Shown here piece after piece: positions 1 to 11,421 of a stretch of 64,000 nt of DNA (positions are counted from its first letter, which is position 1; the number at the start of each line of letters is the position of its first letter). The notes below the pieces were generated by a model, which searched no databases, was not told the origin of the DNA, and was given only the letters and a program-made list of their open reading frames with translations. The position numbers and the translations under genes were made by a program. This DNA is from Hahellaceae bacterium (GTDB lineage: Bacteria > Pseudomonadota > Gammaproteobacteria > Pseudomonadales > Oleiphilaceae). The stretch covers positions 423,437 to 487,436 of the forward strand of contig JADJWY010000001.1 in NCBI GenBank assembly GCA_016716085.1, given 5' to 3'.

Positions 1-742
1 TCTTAACCACTTTAACGCGGGTTTCATTACCGATCACCTCGTCGCCTTCCTTCACCGACCCTACCCGACGAATGTCCAGTCGCACGGAGGCATAGAACTT
101 GAGCGCATTTCCGCCCGTCGTGGTTTCAGGTGAACCAAACATGACCCCGATCTTCATCCGGATCTGGTTGATAAAGACCATCAGACAGTTGGCTTGCTTT
201 ACGCTGCCGGTGAGTTTACGTAAGGCCTGAGACATGAGTCGAGCCTGCAGACCGACATGCGAATCGCCCATCTCGCCTTCAATCTCGGCCTTGGGCGTCA
301 AGGCGGCAACAGAGTCAATAATGATGACATCTACGGCACCTGAACGGACCAGCATGTCAGCAATTTCCAGTGCCTGCTCACCGGTATCCGGCTGGGACAC
401 CAACAGTTCATCGATATTCACACCCAGCTTTTCTGCATAAATAGGATCCAGCGCGTGCTCCGCATCCACGAAAGCACAGACCTTACCCTGGCGTTGCGCT
501 TCCGCAATCACCTGCAGGGTCAGCGTGGTTTTACCCGAGCTTTCCGGTCCATAGATTTCCACGATTCGCCCATAGGGCAATCCGCCAATACCCAGCGCAA
601 TATCCAGACCTAGAGAACCCGTAGATACTGAAGGTATCTGTTCCCTGGGTTTCTCGCCCATGCGCATGACAGCTCCCTTGCCAAATTGACGTTCTATCTG
701 TGACAAAGCAGCGCCAAGCGCCTTCTTGCGATTATCATCCAT
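1..742 (-). CDS. recA: Recombinase RecA, 5' portion (C-terminus lies beyond the window start)
   Basis: Absent from the ORF track because it runs off the window. Reverse-complement translation from the ATG at 740-742 reads [30 protein letters not shown]...[23 protein letters not shown] (Walker A)...[37 protein letters not shown]. An SOS box lies just upstream. Confidence 0.97.
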   Translation of the reverse strand, partial: MDDNRKKALGAALSQIERQFGKGAVMRMGEKPREQIPSVSTGSLGLDIALGIGGLPYGRIVEIYGPESSGKTTLTLQVIAEAQRQGKVCAFVDAEHALDPIYAEKLGVNIDELLVSQPDTGEQALEIADMLVRSGAVDVIIIDSVAALTPKAEIEGEMGDSHVGLQARLMSQALRKLTGSVKQANCLMVFINQIRMKIGVMFGSPETTTGGNALKFYASVRLDIRRVGSVKEGDEVIGNETRVKVVK

Positions 743-762
743 CGAAATTAACCTCTAGTTTT

Positions 763-782
763 TACTGTATATGCACTCAGTA
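763..782 (-). promoter_or_regulatory. LexA (SOS) box upstream of recA
   Basis: TACTGTATATGCACTCAGTA matches the gammaproteobacterial CTGT-N8-ACAG palindrome. It lies 21 nt upstream of the recA start, between the pncC stop and recA. Confidence 0.85.
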
Positions 783-819
783 TTATTTCAGAAAATCTGG
801 AAAAGACCAAGTTTTCTGG

Positions 820-1338
820 TCAAATTAAATTCGGCAGGCGCGACAACAAGCCTTTCAACCCCTGTGCCATCGCCTGCAACCGCACCGAGCGGCGATCACC
901 CGGAAAGGTGAAACATTCACTTTGGACATGCCCCCCCACGCACCAGGCAAACCAAACCGTGCCAACAGGCTTCCCCGGTACAGCCCCCCCTGGCCCTGCA
1001 ATACCGCTGACCGCAATCGCACACTGGGCCTGAGCCTGCCGGCTTGCACCCTCCGCCATCGCTTCAACGGTTGCCTGACTGACCGCCCCCACCCCAGCAA
1101 GTAGAGAAGGGGGCACCCCCAGGCGCTCACGCTTCGCCCGATTAGCGTAAGTCACAAACCCCTCTTCAAACCAGTCTGAACTACCCGCCACGCTGGTGAG
1201 AAGATAAGCAATACCGCCCCCCGTACAGGATTCGGCTGTCGTGACCCGCCAACCCTGCCGACGCAGACGATCCCCGACCTGAGCCGCCAGGTCGGTCAAC
1301 TGAACTTCGTCCTTCAGGGCCACCGCGTTATCATCCAT
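820..1338 (-). CDS. pncC: CinA C-terminal domain / NMN amidohydrolase PncC
   Basis: Start moved to internal Met53 of ORF 820..1494 (MDDNAVALKDEV...). Motifs TTAESCTGG and VSGIAGPGG are typical of CinA_C/PncC. The longer ORF would run into the divergent mutS 5' end. Confidence 0.85.
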   Translation of the reverse strand: MDDNAVALKDEVQLTDLAAQVGDRLRRQGWRVTTAESCTGGGIAYLLTSVAGSSDWFEEGFVTYANRAKRERLGVPPSLLAGVGAVSQATVEAMAEGASRQAQAQCAIAVSGIAGPGGAVPGKPVGTVWFAWCVGGHVQSECFTFPGDRRSVRLQAMAQGLKGLLSRLPNLI

Positions 1339-1471
1339 TCCCAAATGGCTCCTGTCAGCCCATCGATAAACTGATACAATGCGGCACCGGCAACCTGATG
1401 TCCAGCCTCGTATAACAAATGGATCTTGCCTGTCTAACTCACCCGTCATCCAGAATTTCAATAGTCCGAAA

Positions 1472-4024
1472 ATGAGTGAATTGTCCCAACACACGCCGAT
1501 GATGCGGCAGTATCTCGAAATTAAATCCCGTCACCCACAACAACTGGTGTTTTACCGCATGGGTGACTTTTATGAGCTGTTCTACGACGACGCCAAACGG
1601 GCTGCTGAACTGCTCGACATCACCCTGACGCACCGCGGGCAAAGTGCCGGTGCGCCCATCGCCATGGCCGGTGTGCCCTACCATGCGGCGGAGTCCTATA
1701 TAGGCCGTTTAGTCAGGCTGGGTGAGTCCGTGGTGATTTGCGAGCAGGTCGGCGATCCGGGCGCGACTAAAGGCCCGATGGAGCGCAAAGTGGTTCGCAT
1801 CATCACACCCGGCACGCTGACCGAAGAAGCCTATCTCGACGCCGGACAGGACAATCTGCTGGTGGCGGTTCAGGCCCTGAAAACGCACTTTGGGGTCGCC
1901 TCGCTGGATCTCAGCACCGGACGCTTCAATGTTCAGGAAATGGAAGGGCTGGATGCGCTCGGCGGCGAACTGGCCCGCTTACGTCCGGCCGAGCTACTGT
2001 GTAGCGAAGATTTCCCCTTCTTCAGCGCACTTGAACATTTTTCCGGCCTGCGCCGCATGCCGCCCTGGTATTTTGACAGCGACACCTGCCAGCGCCTGCT
2101 GTGTCAACAGTTCGGCACGCGGGATCTGAAAGGGTTTGGCTGTGAAGACCTGCACCGCGCCATTGAAGCGGCCGGTTGTCTGTTGCAGTACGCGCAGGAA
2201 ATGCAGATGAACGCCCTACCCCATATTCAGTCCCTGAGCGTTGAAAACCGTGACGGCTTCCTGCTGCTGGATGCGGCCTCGCGCCGCAATCTGGAGATCG
2301 ACCTCAATCTGGCAGGCCAAAGCCGCCATACGCTGGCCTGGGTGATGGACAAAACCTCTACCGCGATGGGCAGTCGTTTGCTGCGACGTTGGCTCAATCG
2401 ACCACTCCGCAAAACCCAGGACATCCTGACACGCCAGAGTTGCGTGACCGCCCTATTAGAAAACGGCCTTTATGAAGACCTTCGGGATGACCTACGGTCC
2501 ATCGGTGACATTGAACGAATACTCAGCCGGGTGGCACTGGGCTCCGCCCGTCCTCGCGACCTTGCACGACTGCGGGACTCTTTGTCTGTGCTGCCCAGTT
2601 TGCAGTCTACGCTGACCCGTTCGACCGAACCCGGCCTGCAATCGCTGGCGACCGCTATCGCCGAATTTCCCGACCTGGTCGCCTTGCTGGAACGCGCCAT
2701 CGAGGATAACCCTCCGGTCGTCATTCGCGACGGCGGCGTTTTGCGCACGGGCTACGACGCTGAGCTTGATGAGTACCGCGCGCTGAGTGAAAATGCCGGG
2801 GATTTCCTGGTCGCGATGGAAAAACGGGAGCGGGAACGCACCCAACTGTCGACGCTGAAGGTCGGCTATAACCGGGTTCACGGCTACTTCATTGAACTAA
2901 GTCGCAGCCAGGCCGATCAGGCACCCCCTGAGTACACCCGGCGCCAGACACTCAAAAATACTGAGCGCTATATCACGCCGGAGCTCAAGCAGTTTGAGGA
3001 CAAAGCCCTGAGTGCGCGCAGTCGGGCCCTGGCGCGTGAAAAAGCCCTTTACGAAGACCTGATGCAGCAGGTTGCCGAACAGCTGCATCCCTTGCAGCTT
3101 TCCGCGGGCGCCCTGTCTGAATTGGATGTGCTGTGCAGCTTTGCTGACCGTGCCCTTCACCTGAACTTTCAACCGCCCGAACTGACGGACGACAATGTAC
3201 TCCTCATCGAGGAGGGTCGGCACCCTGTGGTTGAGCAGATCGCCTCTGCACCCTTCGTTCCCAATGACCTGACCCTGACCGATGACCATCGCATGCTGAT
3301 CATTACCGGCCCGAACATGGGCGGTAAATCGACCTACATGCGGCAGGCCGCACTGATTGTGATTCTCGCCTGCGCGGGCAGCTATGTTCCGGCCAGCAAA
3401 GCCAGTATCGGCCCGATCGACCGGATATTCACCCGAATGGGTTCCTCGGATGACACTGCCGGGGGGCGCTCAACCTTCATGGTGGAAATGACCGAAACCG
3501 CCAACATTCTGCACAATGCAACACGGCACAGTCTGGTTCTGATGGACGAAGTAGGCCGCGGTACCAGCACCTTTGACGGCCTGTCCATCGCTTATGCCAG
3601 CGCTGAACACCTGGCACGCAAAGTCGGTGCCCTGACACTGTTCGCCACCCACTATTTCGAGATGACTCAGTTACCCGAACAATGTTCCGCTGCCCGAAAC
3701 GTACATTTGACGGCGACCGAGCACAAGGATAGCATCGTCTTTCTGCATCGTGTCCATGATGGGCCGGCGAGTAAAAGTTACGGTATTCAGGTCGCGCAGC
3801 TTGCGGGCGTTCCTCAGGGGGTGATTGCCCAGGCCCGGCAACGTCTGCAGTCACTGGAGCAACAGCGCAGCACGCCTGCACGCATGCCGGAACCGGCGCA
3901 GCCGGATCTGTTTGCCGCCTTCGAACCCAGCGAGACTGAGAAGCGTTTGCAGGAACTGGATGTCGACGCCCTGAGCCCACGCCAGGCGCTGGATTTACTC
4001 TATGATCTGAAGGCAGGACTTTAG
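1472..4024 (+). CDS. mutS: DNA mismatch repair protein MutS
   Basis: Start moved to [18 protein letters not shown] (canonical MutS N-terminus). Walker [14 protein letters not shown], then [15 protein letters not shown] and ATHYFE. Confidence 0.97.
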   Translation: MSELSQHTPMMRQYLEIKSRHPQQLVFYRMGDFYELFYDDAKRAAELLDITLTHRGQSAGAPIAMAGVPYHAAESYIGRLVRLGESVVICEQVGDPGATKGPMERKVVRIITPGTLTEEAYLDAGQDNLLVAVQALKTHFGVASLDLSTGRFNVQEMEGLDALGGELARLRPAELLCSEDFPFFSALEHFSGLRRMPPWYFDSDTCQRLLCQQFGTRDLKGFGCEDLHRAIEAAGCLLQYAQEMQMNALPHIQSLSVENRDGFLLLDAASRRNLEIDLNLAGQSRHTLAWVMDKTSTAMGSRLLRRWLNRPLRKTQDILTRQSCVTALLENGLYEDLRDDLRSIGDIERILSRVALGSARPRDLARLRDSLSVLPSLQSTLTRSTEPGLQSLATAIAEFPDLVALLERAIEDNPPVVIRDGGVLRTGYDAELDEYRALSENAGDFLVAMEKRERERTQLSTLKVGYNRVHGYFIELSRSQADQAPPEYTRRQTLKNTERYITPELKQFEDKALSARSRALAREKALYEDLMQQVAEQLHPLQLSAGALSELDVLCSFADRALHLNFQPPELTDDNVLLIEEGRHPVVEQIASAPFVPNDLTLTDDHRMLIITGPNMGGKSTYMRQAALIVILACAGSYVPASKASIGPIDRIFTRMGSSDDTAGGRSTFMVEMTETANILHNATRHSLVLMDEVGRGTSTFDGLSIAYASAEHLARKVGALTLFATHYFEMTQLPEQCSAARNVHLTATEHKDSIVFLHRVHDGPASKSYGIQVAQLAGVPQGVIAQARQRLQSLEQQRSTPARMPEPAQPDLFAAFEPSETEKRLQELDVDALSPRQALDLLYDLKAGL

Positions 4025-4101
4025 GTTGCGGCTCCGCAGGAGCTTGACTAGAATACGCGCTTTACGAAACTTTAACCCAGATAGCGAGCAGGACAGCCAA
4101 C

Positions 4102-4428
4102 ATGACCTTCGTCGTAACTGAAAACTGTATCAAATGCAAATACACGGACTGTGTGGAAGTATGCCCTGTTGACTGCTTCTATGAAGGTCCTAACTTCCTG
4201 GTCATCGATCCTGACGAGTGTATCGACTGCGCCCTGTGTGAACCCGAGTGTCCCGCTGAGGCCATTTTCTCCGAAGATGAGCTGCCCGAAGACCAGAAAG
4301 AGTTTATTGAGATCAACGCTGAACTGGCGCGCACCTGGCCAAACATCACCGAGAAAAAAGAAGCATTGGAAGATGCGGAAGAATGGGATGGCAAACCCGG
4401 CAAGCTGAAACTGCTCGACCGCAGCTAA
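4102..4428 (+). CDS. fdxA: 7Fe ferredoxin (FdxA type)
   Basis: 108-codon ORF (the track counts the stop). Two Cys clusters, [17 protein letters not shown] and [12 protein letters not shown]. The mutS-fdxA neighbourhood matches Pseudomonas/Azotobacter. Confidence 0.9.
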   Translation: MTFVVTENCIKCKYTDCVEVCPVDCFYEGPNFLVIDPDECIDCALCEPECPAEAIFSEDELPEDQKEFIEINAELARTWPNITEKKEALEDAEEWDGKPGKLKLLDRS

Positions 4429-5045
4429 CCCTCCAGCTCCAGCCGTCGCCGGACCGGTTTAAAGCTCCGGCGATGGATGGGCGATACCCCCAGACACTGC
4501 AACTGCTCCAAATGCAGAGGCGTCGGATAACCGGCATGATCTGCAAATCCATATCCCGGATACGCCTGATCCATCTCCTGCATGTAACGATCCCGCTCGA
4601 CTTTGGCAATGATCGATGCGGCCGAAATCTCCAGCACTTTATCATCACCTTTGATGATTGGCGTACACGGCACCTTGAGCGGCGGTGACTGATTACCATC
4701 GACAAATACGTGATCCGGCCGGATAGACAAGCCCTCGACCGCTCTGACCATGGCCAGAAAGGTCGCCTGCAAAATGTTATAGGTGTCGATTTCTTCGACT
4801 GAGGCCCACCCAAAACTCCAGGCAGCGGCCTGCTCTTTGATCGTTTCGGCCAGGGCCTCGCGCTTCAGTGCTGTGAGCTTTTTGGAGTCTCGTAGCCCCT
4901 CGATAGGGCGAGATGCATCCAGAATGACCGCAGCCGCCAGAACCGGCCCCGCCAGTGGCCCTCGCCCCACCTCATCTAACCCGGCAATGCGCTGTCGGGA
5001 GATATCAAGACCTAAAGTCTCGAACGATAATTGCTCTGTTGCCAT
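4425..5045 (-). CDS. rnhB: Ribonuclease HII
   Basis: [14 protein letters not shown] active-site motif. Position after lpxB as in many gammaproteobacteria. Confidence 0.92.
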   Translation of the reverse strand: MATEQLSFETLGLDISRQRIAGLDEVGRGPLAGPVLAAAVILDASRPIEGLRDSKKLTALKREALAETIKEQAAAWSFGWASVEEIDTYNILQATFLAMVRAVEGLSIRPDHVFVDGNQSPPLKVPCTPIIKGDDKVLEISAASIIAKVERDRYMQEMDQAYPGYGFADHAGYPTPLHLEQLQCLGVSPIHRRSFKPVRRRLELEG

Positions 5046-5046
5046 A

Positions 5047-6210
5047 TCAAAACGTCACTTTTTCCTTGATTAACCGAGCCACCGCTTTTGCGGCCTGAAC
5101 ATCGGCATCCTGTTTCAGTTGGCTATGCATCGAACGAAAGGTCTCACTCAGCCGTTGGACATGAGAGGGGTTGAGCACATCCTGCACACTGCGGCAGATG
5201 TTTTCTGGCGTGGCCTGTTTTTGAATCAATTCGGGGACCAACGGTGCATTCGCCAGGAGATTAGGCAGCGCAACAAAGCGAGTCCTGATCAACAGGCGCA
5301 TCAACCAGTAAGTCAATGGAGCCAGGCGGTACGCAACCACCATGGGACGATTGACCAGCATACACTCCAGGGTTGCGGTCCCCGAGGCCAACACCACCGC
5401 ATCCGATGCCGCCATGCATTCCCGCGCCTGACCACGAAAGACATGGCATTTCAGGCCGCTTGGCTGAACAATCGCCATGATCTGCTCATAACGCCTTTCG
5501 TTTGCGGCCGGAATGATAAAAACCGCGTCAGGGGAACGTTTCTGAAAGCGCGAGGCGGCCTGCAAAAAAACATCCATCAGCATCGCGACTTCGCCTGAGC
5601 GTGAGCCTGGCAAAAGCCCAATCACTGGCCCCTTAGCGGTTTCCGGCAACCCCAGCGCACGGCGAGCGTCCTGCTTACTGGATTCCATCGGAATCTGATC
5701 GGCCATAGGGTGACCCACATGCACGACCGGCACCTGATGCGCTTCATAGAAAGCCGCTTCAAACGGCAGCAGCGTCAACATCAAATTAACGCTTTGCCGG
5801 ATGCCGACAATACGCCCCTGCCGCCACGCCCAGACCGAGGGACTGACATAATGCACCGTGGGTACGCCCCGCAGGTGAAGCTCGCGCTCAATACGCAGAT
5901 TAAAATCGGGGGCATCAATGCCAATGAATATATCGGGCTGATAGGCATCGAAACGTTCCAGCAGTTCTCGCTTGAGGCGAAATAAGCCAGGTAAATGCCG
6001 CAACACTTCGACAAGCCCCATAATGGAGAGTTGCTCCATTGCAAACCAGGAAGTGAGCCCTTCGGCCTGCATTTTCTCGCCGCCGATGCCGACAAAATCA
6101 GCATCTGGGAAATGACCTTTTAACGCGCGAATGAGGCCCGCTCCGAGAATATCACCGGACGCTTCGCCCGCGATCAAACCAATTTTCAGAGGACGTTGAG
6201 GGCCAGGCAT
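5047..6210 (-). CDS. lpxB: Lipid-A-disaccharide synthase
   Basis: N-terminus [16 protein letters not shown] and length of about 386 aa. Located in the lpxD-fabZ-lpxA-lpxB-rnhB block. Confidence 0.92.
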   Translation of the reverse strand: MPGPQRPLKIGLIAGEASGDILGAGLIRALKGHFPDADFVGIGGEKMQAEGLTSWFAMEQLSIMGLVEVLRHLPGLFRLKRELLERFDAYQPDIFIGIDAPDFNLRIERELHLRGVPTVHYVSPSVWAWRQGRIVGIRQSVNLMLTLLPFEAAFYEAHQVPVVHVGHPMADQIPMESSKQDARRALGLPETAKGPVIGLLPGSRSGEVAMLMDVFLQAASRFQKRSPDAVFIIPAANERRYEQIMAIVQPSGLKCHVFRGQARECMAASDAVVLASGTATLECMLVNRPMVVAYRLAPLTYWLMRLLIRTRFVALPNLLANAPLVPELIQKQATPENICRSVQDVLNPSHVQRLSETFRSMHSQLKQDADVQAAKAVARLIKEKVTF

Positions 6211-6212
6211 CG

Positions 6213-6986
6213 TTAACGGACGATGCCACGCGTGGATTGCTTAAGGGTTTGCACAAAGACCTGAACCTGTGGATCTGACGCGGCTTCAGACTCAAGCTGC
6301 TCCAATGCCTGCTCCAGCGTGTTCCCCTGCCGGAAGACCACCTTGTAAGCCCGTCGCAAGGCCTGCATGCTTTCTTTGGCAAAACCTCGTCGCTTGAGTC
6401 CTTCCAGGTTCAAACCATGTGTTTTAGCGGGCTGCCCGCCCGCCATCACGAAGGCGGGTACGTCCATCAGCACGATACTGCCGCCACCACACATACTGTG
6501 CTGACCAATCTGACAGAATTGATGAACCATGGTGCCACCGCCCAGGATCGCCCAATCACCGACGACAACATGACCCGCCAACGTCGCCATGTTTGCCAGA
6601 ATACAGTGGTTACCGACAACGCAGTCATGTGCGACATGCACATAGGCCATCAGGAGATTATCACTGCCAATGCGTGTAATGCCTTTGTCCTGCACGGTTC
6701 CGCGATGAAGGGTACAGCTTTCCCGAATGATGTTCCGATCGCCAATGATGAGTTCGGTCGGCTCACCCTTGTATTTTTTATCCTGACACGCTTCGCCGAC
6801 GCTGGCGAACTGAAAGATCTGATTATCACGACCAATGCGGGTGGGGCCCTTGATGACGACATGGCTGTGTACCACCGTCCCCGACCCGATTTCCACATCC
6901 TGGCCGATATAGCTCCAGGGACCGATGCGCACATCCGGTGCAATCTTTGCGCCTGGTTCAATAATCGCCTGTGGATGAATATTCAT
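6213..6986 (-). CDS. lpxA: UDP-N-acetylglucosamine O-acyltransferase
   Basis: Left-handed beta-helix hexapeptide repeats, about 256 aa, conserved position. Confidence 0.93.
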   Translation of the reverse strand: MNIHPQAIIEPGAKIAPDVRIGPWSYIGQDVEIGSGTVVHSHVVIKGPTRIGRDNQIFQFASVGEACQDKKYKGEPTELIIGDRNIIRESCTLHRGTVQDKGITRIGSDNLLMAYVHVAHDCVVGNHCILANMATLAGHVVVGDWAILGGGTMVHQFCQIGQHSMCGGGSIVLMDVPAFVMAGGQPAKTHGLNLEGLKRRGFAKESMQALRRAYKVVFRQGNTLEQALEQLESEAASDPQVQVFVQTLKQSTRGIVR

Positions 6987-7424
6987 TTAAAGATATCTCT
7001 CTGCAGTGAGTATTTCAGCCACACAGGCCAACTCACCCTCCACCCTTGCGTGACACTCGAACTTCCAGATGCCTCGCTTGCTGGTGATGAGTCGCGCCTC
7101 CAGCTGCAATCGATCACCGGGAACGACTGGACGCTTGAAGCGCACATCATCTGTTCCCGCCAAATAGTAAGTATAACCATCCGACGGTTTTTTACCGGTT
7201 GTGATAAACCCTAATATGCCGGCAATCTGAGCCATCGCCTCAACAATCAACACACCCGGCATAATGGCATGATTCGGAAAATGGCCATTAAAAAACGGTT
7301 CGTTGATCGTAATATTCTTGAAGCCTCTGATTGATTCCCCCGGCGTCACACTCTCAACCCGATCCACTAGCAGAAAGGGATAGCGGTGCGGCAAATACTC
7401 GCGGATCTCTTCAATTTTCATCAT
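6987..7424 (-). CDS. fabZ: 3-hydroxyacyl-ACP dehydratase FabZ
   Basis: [13 protein letters not shown] and FFNGHFP motifs. Its start overlaps the lpxD stop by 1 nt (TAATG). Confidence 0.95.
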   Translation of the reverse strand: MMKIEEIREYLPHRYPFLLVDRVESVTPGESIRGFKNITINEPFFNGHFPNHAIMPGVLIVEAMAQIAGILGFITTGKKPSDGYTYYLAGTDDVRFKRPVVPGDRLQLEARLITSKRGIWKFECHARVEGELACVAEILTAERYL

Positions 7425-8467
7425 TACTCTTTCTTCAGCTCCTGGGCGCCCTTGAGTTCAAGCTCCCGAATTCTCTGTACCCATTGATCCAGTTGGCGAA
7501 AACGGGCCACGTTACGCCGCCAGGATTTATTGGGCTCTATCGCTGTACCTGAGGAGTAGACCCCAGGCTCCTTGATATCATGCGTCACCAGTGTCATACC
7601 GGTCAGATGTACACCATCACACAAAGTCAGATGGCCCGCAATGCCGACACCTCCGCCAATCATGCAATGTTTACCTACGCGGCTACTACCGGAAATGCCG
7701 GCACAGGCGGCAATGACCGTATGCGCACCGATATGGACGTTGTGAGCAATCTGAATCTGATTATCCAGTTTTACGCCGTCCTCGATGACGGTATCCCCCA
7801 AAGCCCCGCGGTCTATTGTCGTATTCGCGCCGACTTCAACATCGTCGCCCAACACAACACCGCCGAGTTGAGCAATCTTGATAAAGCGCCCTTTATCGGG
7901 TGCAAATCCAAATCCATCCGCACCGATCACACTCCCCGCGTGCAGGATGACCCTCGCACCGATGCTCACCCCTTCATACAGGGTCACATTAGGATACAAA
8001 TAGGCCGCTTCCCCCAGGATTGTATGCCCGCCCACGTAGCAGCCCGGACCGAGATAGCTCCCTGCACCAATTGAAGCGCCTGCCTCAATCACCACATTGG
8101 CTCCGACGGTCACGTTTTTGCCCAGCTGAGCGGAGGGATGAACGACCGCGGAAGGGTGAATCCCCCTGTCCCCCTCCAGACGCACCGCAAACAATTGGGT
8201 GACCAGCGCATAGCCTGCATAGGGGTTCGGCATCAGCAAGGCTGACACCGGGCATTGGGCCTTCATTGAGGGGTGCAAAATCACGGCGCTCGCACGCGTC
8301 GTCGGCAAAAATTTGGCGTAGGCAGGATTGGCCAGAAACGCGAGTTGCGCAGGCCCTGCCTCATCAATGGTACTTAGCCCTTCAATGACCACATCAGGAT
8401 CACCTTCCAGGGTTGCGCCAATCCTTGTCGCAAGTTCGCCAAGTGAAAAGCGCTTTACCACTTTCAT
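7424..8467 (-). CDS. lpxD: UDP-3-O-acylglucosamine N-acyltransferase
   Basis: Hexapeptide-repeat protein of about 346 aa between skp and fabZ. Confidence 0.92.
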   Translation of the reverse strand: MKVVKRFSLGELATRIGATLEGDPDVVIEGLSTIDEAGPAQLAFLANPAYAKFLPTTRASAVILHPSMKAQCPVSALLMPNPYAGYALVTQLFAVRLEGDRGIHPSAVVHPSAQLGKNVTVGANVVIEAGASIGAGSYLGPGCYVGGHTILGEAAYLYPNVTLYEGVSIGARVILHAGSVIGADGFGFAPDKGRFIKIAQLGGVVLGDDVEVGANTTIDRGALGDTVIEDGVKLDNQIQIAHNVHIGAHTVIAACAGISGSSRVGKHCMIGGGVGIAGHLTLCDGVHLTGMTLVTHDIKEPGVYSSGTAIEPNKSWRRNVARFRQLDQWVQRIRELELKGAQELKKE

Positions 8468-8483
8468 GGAGATGATCTCCGGC

Positions 8484-8996
8484 TTATTTAGCGTTCAGGG
8501 CGTCAATCAATTGTGGCGTGATATCAAGACCAGGGTCGGCATACACAGCCATATTCTCTGGGAGCACCAACTGGTATCCGCCTTTGGAGGCAATGGATTT
8601 CAGCGCCGCATCCACTTTCGGCTTGGACTCAGCCAGAAACGCTTCTTCACGCTTGGAAATCGCAGCCTGGTACTTGTTCTTGAGGTAATTAAACTCCTGC
8701 GCCTTTTCATCAAAATCGGCTGAGAGTTTGCTGCGTTCTGCGTCACTCATGATGGCCCCATCCTTGCGCAGACGCTCCTGCATCGATTTAGCCTGATCGC
8801 CCACTTCGCGCAATCGCTTCTCTTCGTCGGAGAACTCTTTCTTTAAGTCCTCACCGAATTTCTTGGCAGCCACGGTGGACAGTAACGCGGAACGCAGATC
8901 AACCGTCGCCACTTTGGCAGACTCTGCAGAGGCGAGTGTCGCTGCCATCAGGCATACTCCCAGCACAACAGAACTGCCCATACCCTTAAAACGCAT
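8484..8996 (-). CDS. skp: Periplasmic chaperone Skp (OmpH)
   Basis: Signal peptide, a Lys/Glu-rich coiled-coil protein of about 170 aa, immediately downstream of bamA. Confidence 0.8.
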   Translation of the reverse strand: MRFKGMGSSVVLGVCLMAATLASAESAKVATVDLRSALLSTVAAKKFGEDLKKEFSDEEKRLREVGDQAKSMQERLRKDGAIMSDAERSKLSADFDEKAQEFNYLKNKYQAAISKREEAFLAESKPKVDAALKSIASKGGYQLVLPENMAVYADPGLDITPQLIDALNAK

Positions 8997-9050
8997 AAAT
9001 TACCTCAATGGCTCGACCATACTATGGATGATTAAACCTCAAACCTTACT

Positions 9051-11408
9051 TTAGAACGTTTGTCCCAGCAAGAACTGGAAGAATTCACGGTCATCCTGGG
9101 GCTGAGGATTGATTGCCTTGGCAAAGCTGAAGGCCAGCGGGCCAATCGGCGAAATCCAGGTAAACGACAAGCCTGCGGAGGTTCGGATTTCCGAGAGCTT
9201 GGGATCATACCCGCGATACGTGTCGAATACGTTACCCGCATCGACAAAGGCTGTGGTTCTGACTTGTGAACGATCCTCCAGCACGGCAAACGGGAAGATA
9301 AATTCAGCCGAGGACAGAACCAGAAAGTTACCGCCAAAGGGATCATAGGACTTATCAGGATCAAGAGGATGCGGGGCTGCCAGTCGACCCAGTGAGTTTG
9401 AGGCATAGCCGCGTACCGAACCAATCCCCCCGGCATAATAGTGTTCAAAGAAGGGCAACTGATCTTCCGTCTTCAAACCGTCGCCATAGGCCAGGGTGCC
9501 CCCCAGACGAAAGGCAAATTCCTCGTTCTGATTGATCGGAATATACTGTTCAACCTCATAACGGGCCTTGTAGAAGCCGAGATCGCTCAAGGCCGGCACT
9601 GCCACCCGCAACGAGAATATCTGCGAGTTACCACGGGTCGGGAAGACGCCCTTGTTCAGCGTCGTCCGACTCCAGCCACCGCTCACTTCACCGAAGTTGA
9701 AGGAATTTCCGTACTCATCCAGAAACAACGTAATATCAGGCGCCGGATATCTGCCGGTCGATATATTGGTGTGGTTGTAACCCATCCCGAAATTCAGGCG
9801 TGAATACCGGTCGATGGGGTAGCCAAAATTCACACCCGCGTTAATGACGTCACTGGTGTAGGATACGACTTCCTGCTCGTCATAATCCGTTTCCCGATAG
9901 GAAATATTGAATCCACGACTCACGCCATCAACCGTGAAATAGGGATTCTTGTAAGCAAAGCTGGCACTCTGTACCGCCTCACTCTTGTTAACACCGAAAC
10001 TCACCTGGCGCCCGGTACCCAGAAAGTTTCGTTCAGCCACGCTCGCACCCACGACAATCCCACTGGTTTGAGAATACCCCAGGCTCGCCGATAAACTGCC
10101 TGTTGATTGCTCTTCAACGGCATAATTCACATCTACCTGGTCATCAAGGCCTGGCACCAGGGGCGTTTCTACGTTGACCGTTTTGAAGTAGCCGGTTCGT
10201 TCGAGTTGAGACTTAGAGATTTCGATCAAGTCGGTTGAAGCAGCCGCCCCTTCCATCTGCACCAATTCCTGTCTCAACACTTCATCACCGGTCGTGTTGT
10301 TACCGCGGAAATTAATACGGCGAACATAGGTGCGCTTACCGGGCTCGACAAAAAAGGTCACCGACGCAGTATTGTCGTCATGGGGTTCCGGAATCGCATT
10401 GACACTGGCAAAGGTATAACCATCGTTACCCAGGCGCTTAGTGATAATATCGGATGTCAGCGTCAACACCTGACGCGAGAAGATATCGCCTTCTCTAATC
10501 AGGATCATCCCTTTCAATTCATCTTCATCGACCTTGAGATCCCCTTTCAGGCTCACATCACGAATGGTGTACTGAGGCCCCTCACTGACGTTTACAGTAA
10601 TGAAAACGTCCTCCTTATTAGGAGAGACTGACACCTGCGTGGATTCGATACTGAAGCGGATATACCCGTGATCCAGGTAATAAGAACGAACGCGCTCAAG
10701 ATCACCATTCAGTTTGGGTCGGGAGTACTTATCATAGTTCATGATACCGGCCCAGATCCCGGTGGTTTCAAGCTCCATCAACCCTGTCAGCACCTCATCG
10801 GAAAAGGCCTCATTGCCAACAAAGTTTATGTGACTGATCGCGGATAAGGGGCCTTCCTTAATGTCGATCTTGATCTTGACGCGATTACGGGCCTGCTCTT
10901 CTACCGCAGCATCCACAAAGGCGTTGTATCGGCCCTGAGCAATGTAGCTCCGCAGAATTTCCAGGTGAATCTTTTCCAGCGTCGAGCGTTGAAAAACCTC
11001 CCCTTCTGACAGACCCGCCGATTTTAATCCAGCCATCAACTCATCCGTCGGGATATTCTTATTCCCCTCCACTTCAATCTTACTGATCGAGGGGCGCTCC
11101 TCCAGCTTCACGATGAGCACGTAGCCTGTTTCACCCAAGGGTTCCCGGGACAAGCGGACATCGGTAAATAATCCGGTTTTAAACAGGGTTCGCATGGCCT
11201 GCGCAAGACGCGCATCATCGACCGTATCGGCAACCGTAATGGGAAAGGCACTGAATACACTGCCTGAAGAGACTCGCTGTAAGCCCTCCAGCCGGATATC
11301 AGACACCACGAATGGCTCAACGGCACAGGCGGCCCAGGACACAAAAGACAGCAAGATCAGCAGTGCGTGACGCGCGTGCCGCAAGATAAAGGAAACCGGA
11401 ACTACCAT
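9051..11408 (-). CDS. bamA: Outer membrane protein assembly factor BamA
   Basis: 785-codon ORF with POTRA-like N-terminal repeats, a C-terminal beta-barrel ending ...LLGQTF, and rseP-bamA-skp synteny. Confidence 0.95.
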   Translation of the reverse strand: MVVPVSFILRHARHALLILLSFVSWAACAVEPFVVSDIRLEGLQRVSSGSVFSAFPITVADTVDDARLAQAMRTLFKTGLFTDVRLSREPLGETGYVLIVKLEERPSISKIEVEGNKNIPTDELMAGLKSAGLSEGEVFQRSTLEKIHLEILRSYIAQGRYNAFVDAAVEEQARNRVKIKIDIKEGPLSAISHINFVGNEAFSDEVLTGLMELETTGIWAGIMNYDKYSRPKLNGDLERVRSYYLDHGYIRFSIESTQVSVSPNKEDVFITVNVSEGPQYTIRDVSLKGDLKVDEDELKGMILIREGDIFSRQVLTLTSDIITKRLGNDGYTFASVNAIPEPHDDNTASVTFFVEPGKRTYVRRINFRGNNTTGDEVLRQELVQMEGAAASTDLIEISKSQLERTGYFKTVNVETPLVPGLDDQVDVNYAVEEQSTGSLSASLGYSQTSGIVVGASVAERNFLGTGRQVSFGVNKSEAVQSASFAYKNPYFTVDGVSRGFNISYRETDYDEQEVVSYTSDVINAGVNFGYPIDRYSRLNFGMGYNHTNISTGRYPAPDITLFLDEYGNSFNFGEVSGGWSRTTLNKGVFPTRGNSQIFSLRVAVPALSDLGFYKARYEVEQYIPINQNEEFAFRLGGTLAYGDGLKTEDQLPFFEHYYAGGIGSVRGYASNSLGRLAAPHPLDPDKSYDPFGGNFLVLSSAEFIFPFAVLEDRSQVRTTAFVDAGNVFDTYRGYDPKLSEIRTSAGLSFTWISPIGPLAFSFAKAINPQPQDDREFFQFLLGQTF

Positions 11409-11421
11409 TCAGTGTTTAATC

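Noticed and set aside
6417-7214. 265-aa plus-strand ORF, one of many similar ORFs of 60-280 aa (e.g. 18938-19525, 21679-22521, 48626-49204, 61081-61695, 45483-45989)
   Set aside because: All lie antisense to, or out of frame within, strongly supported conserved genes (lpxA/fabZ, map, glnD, etc.). Their translations are Arg/Pro/His-rich, low-complexity shadow products typical of GC-rich DNA.
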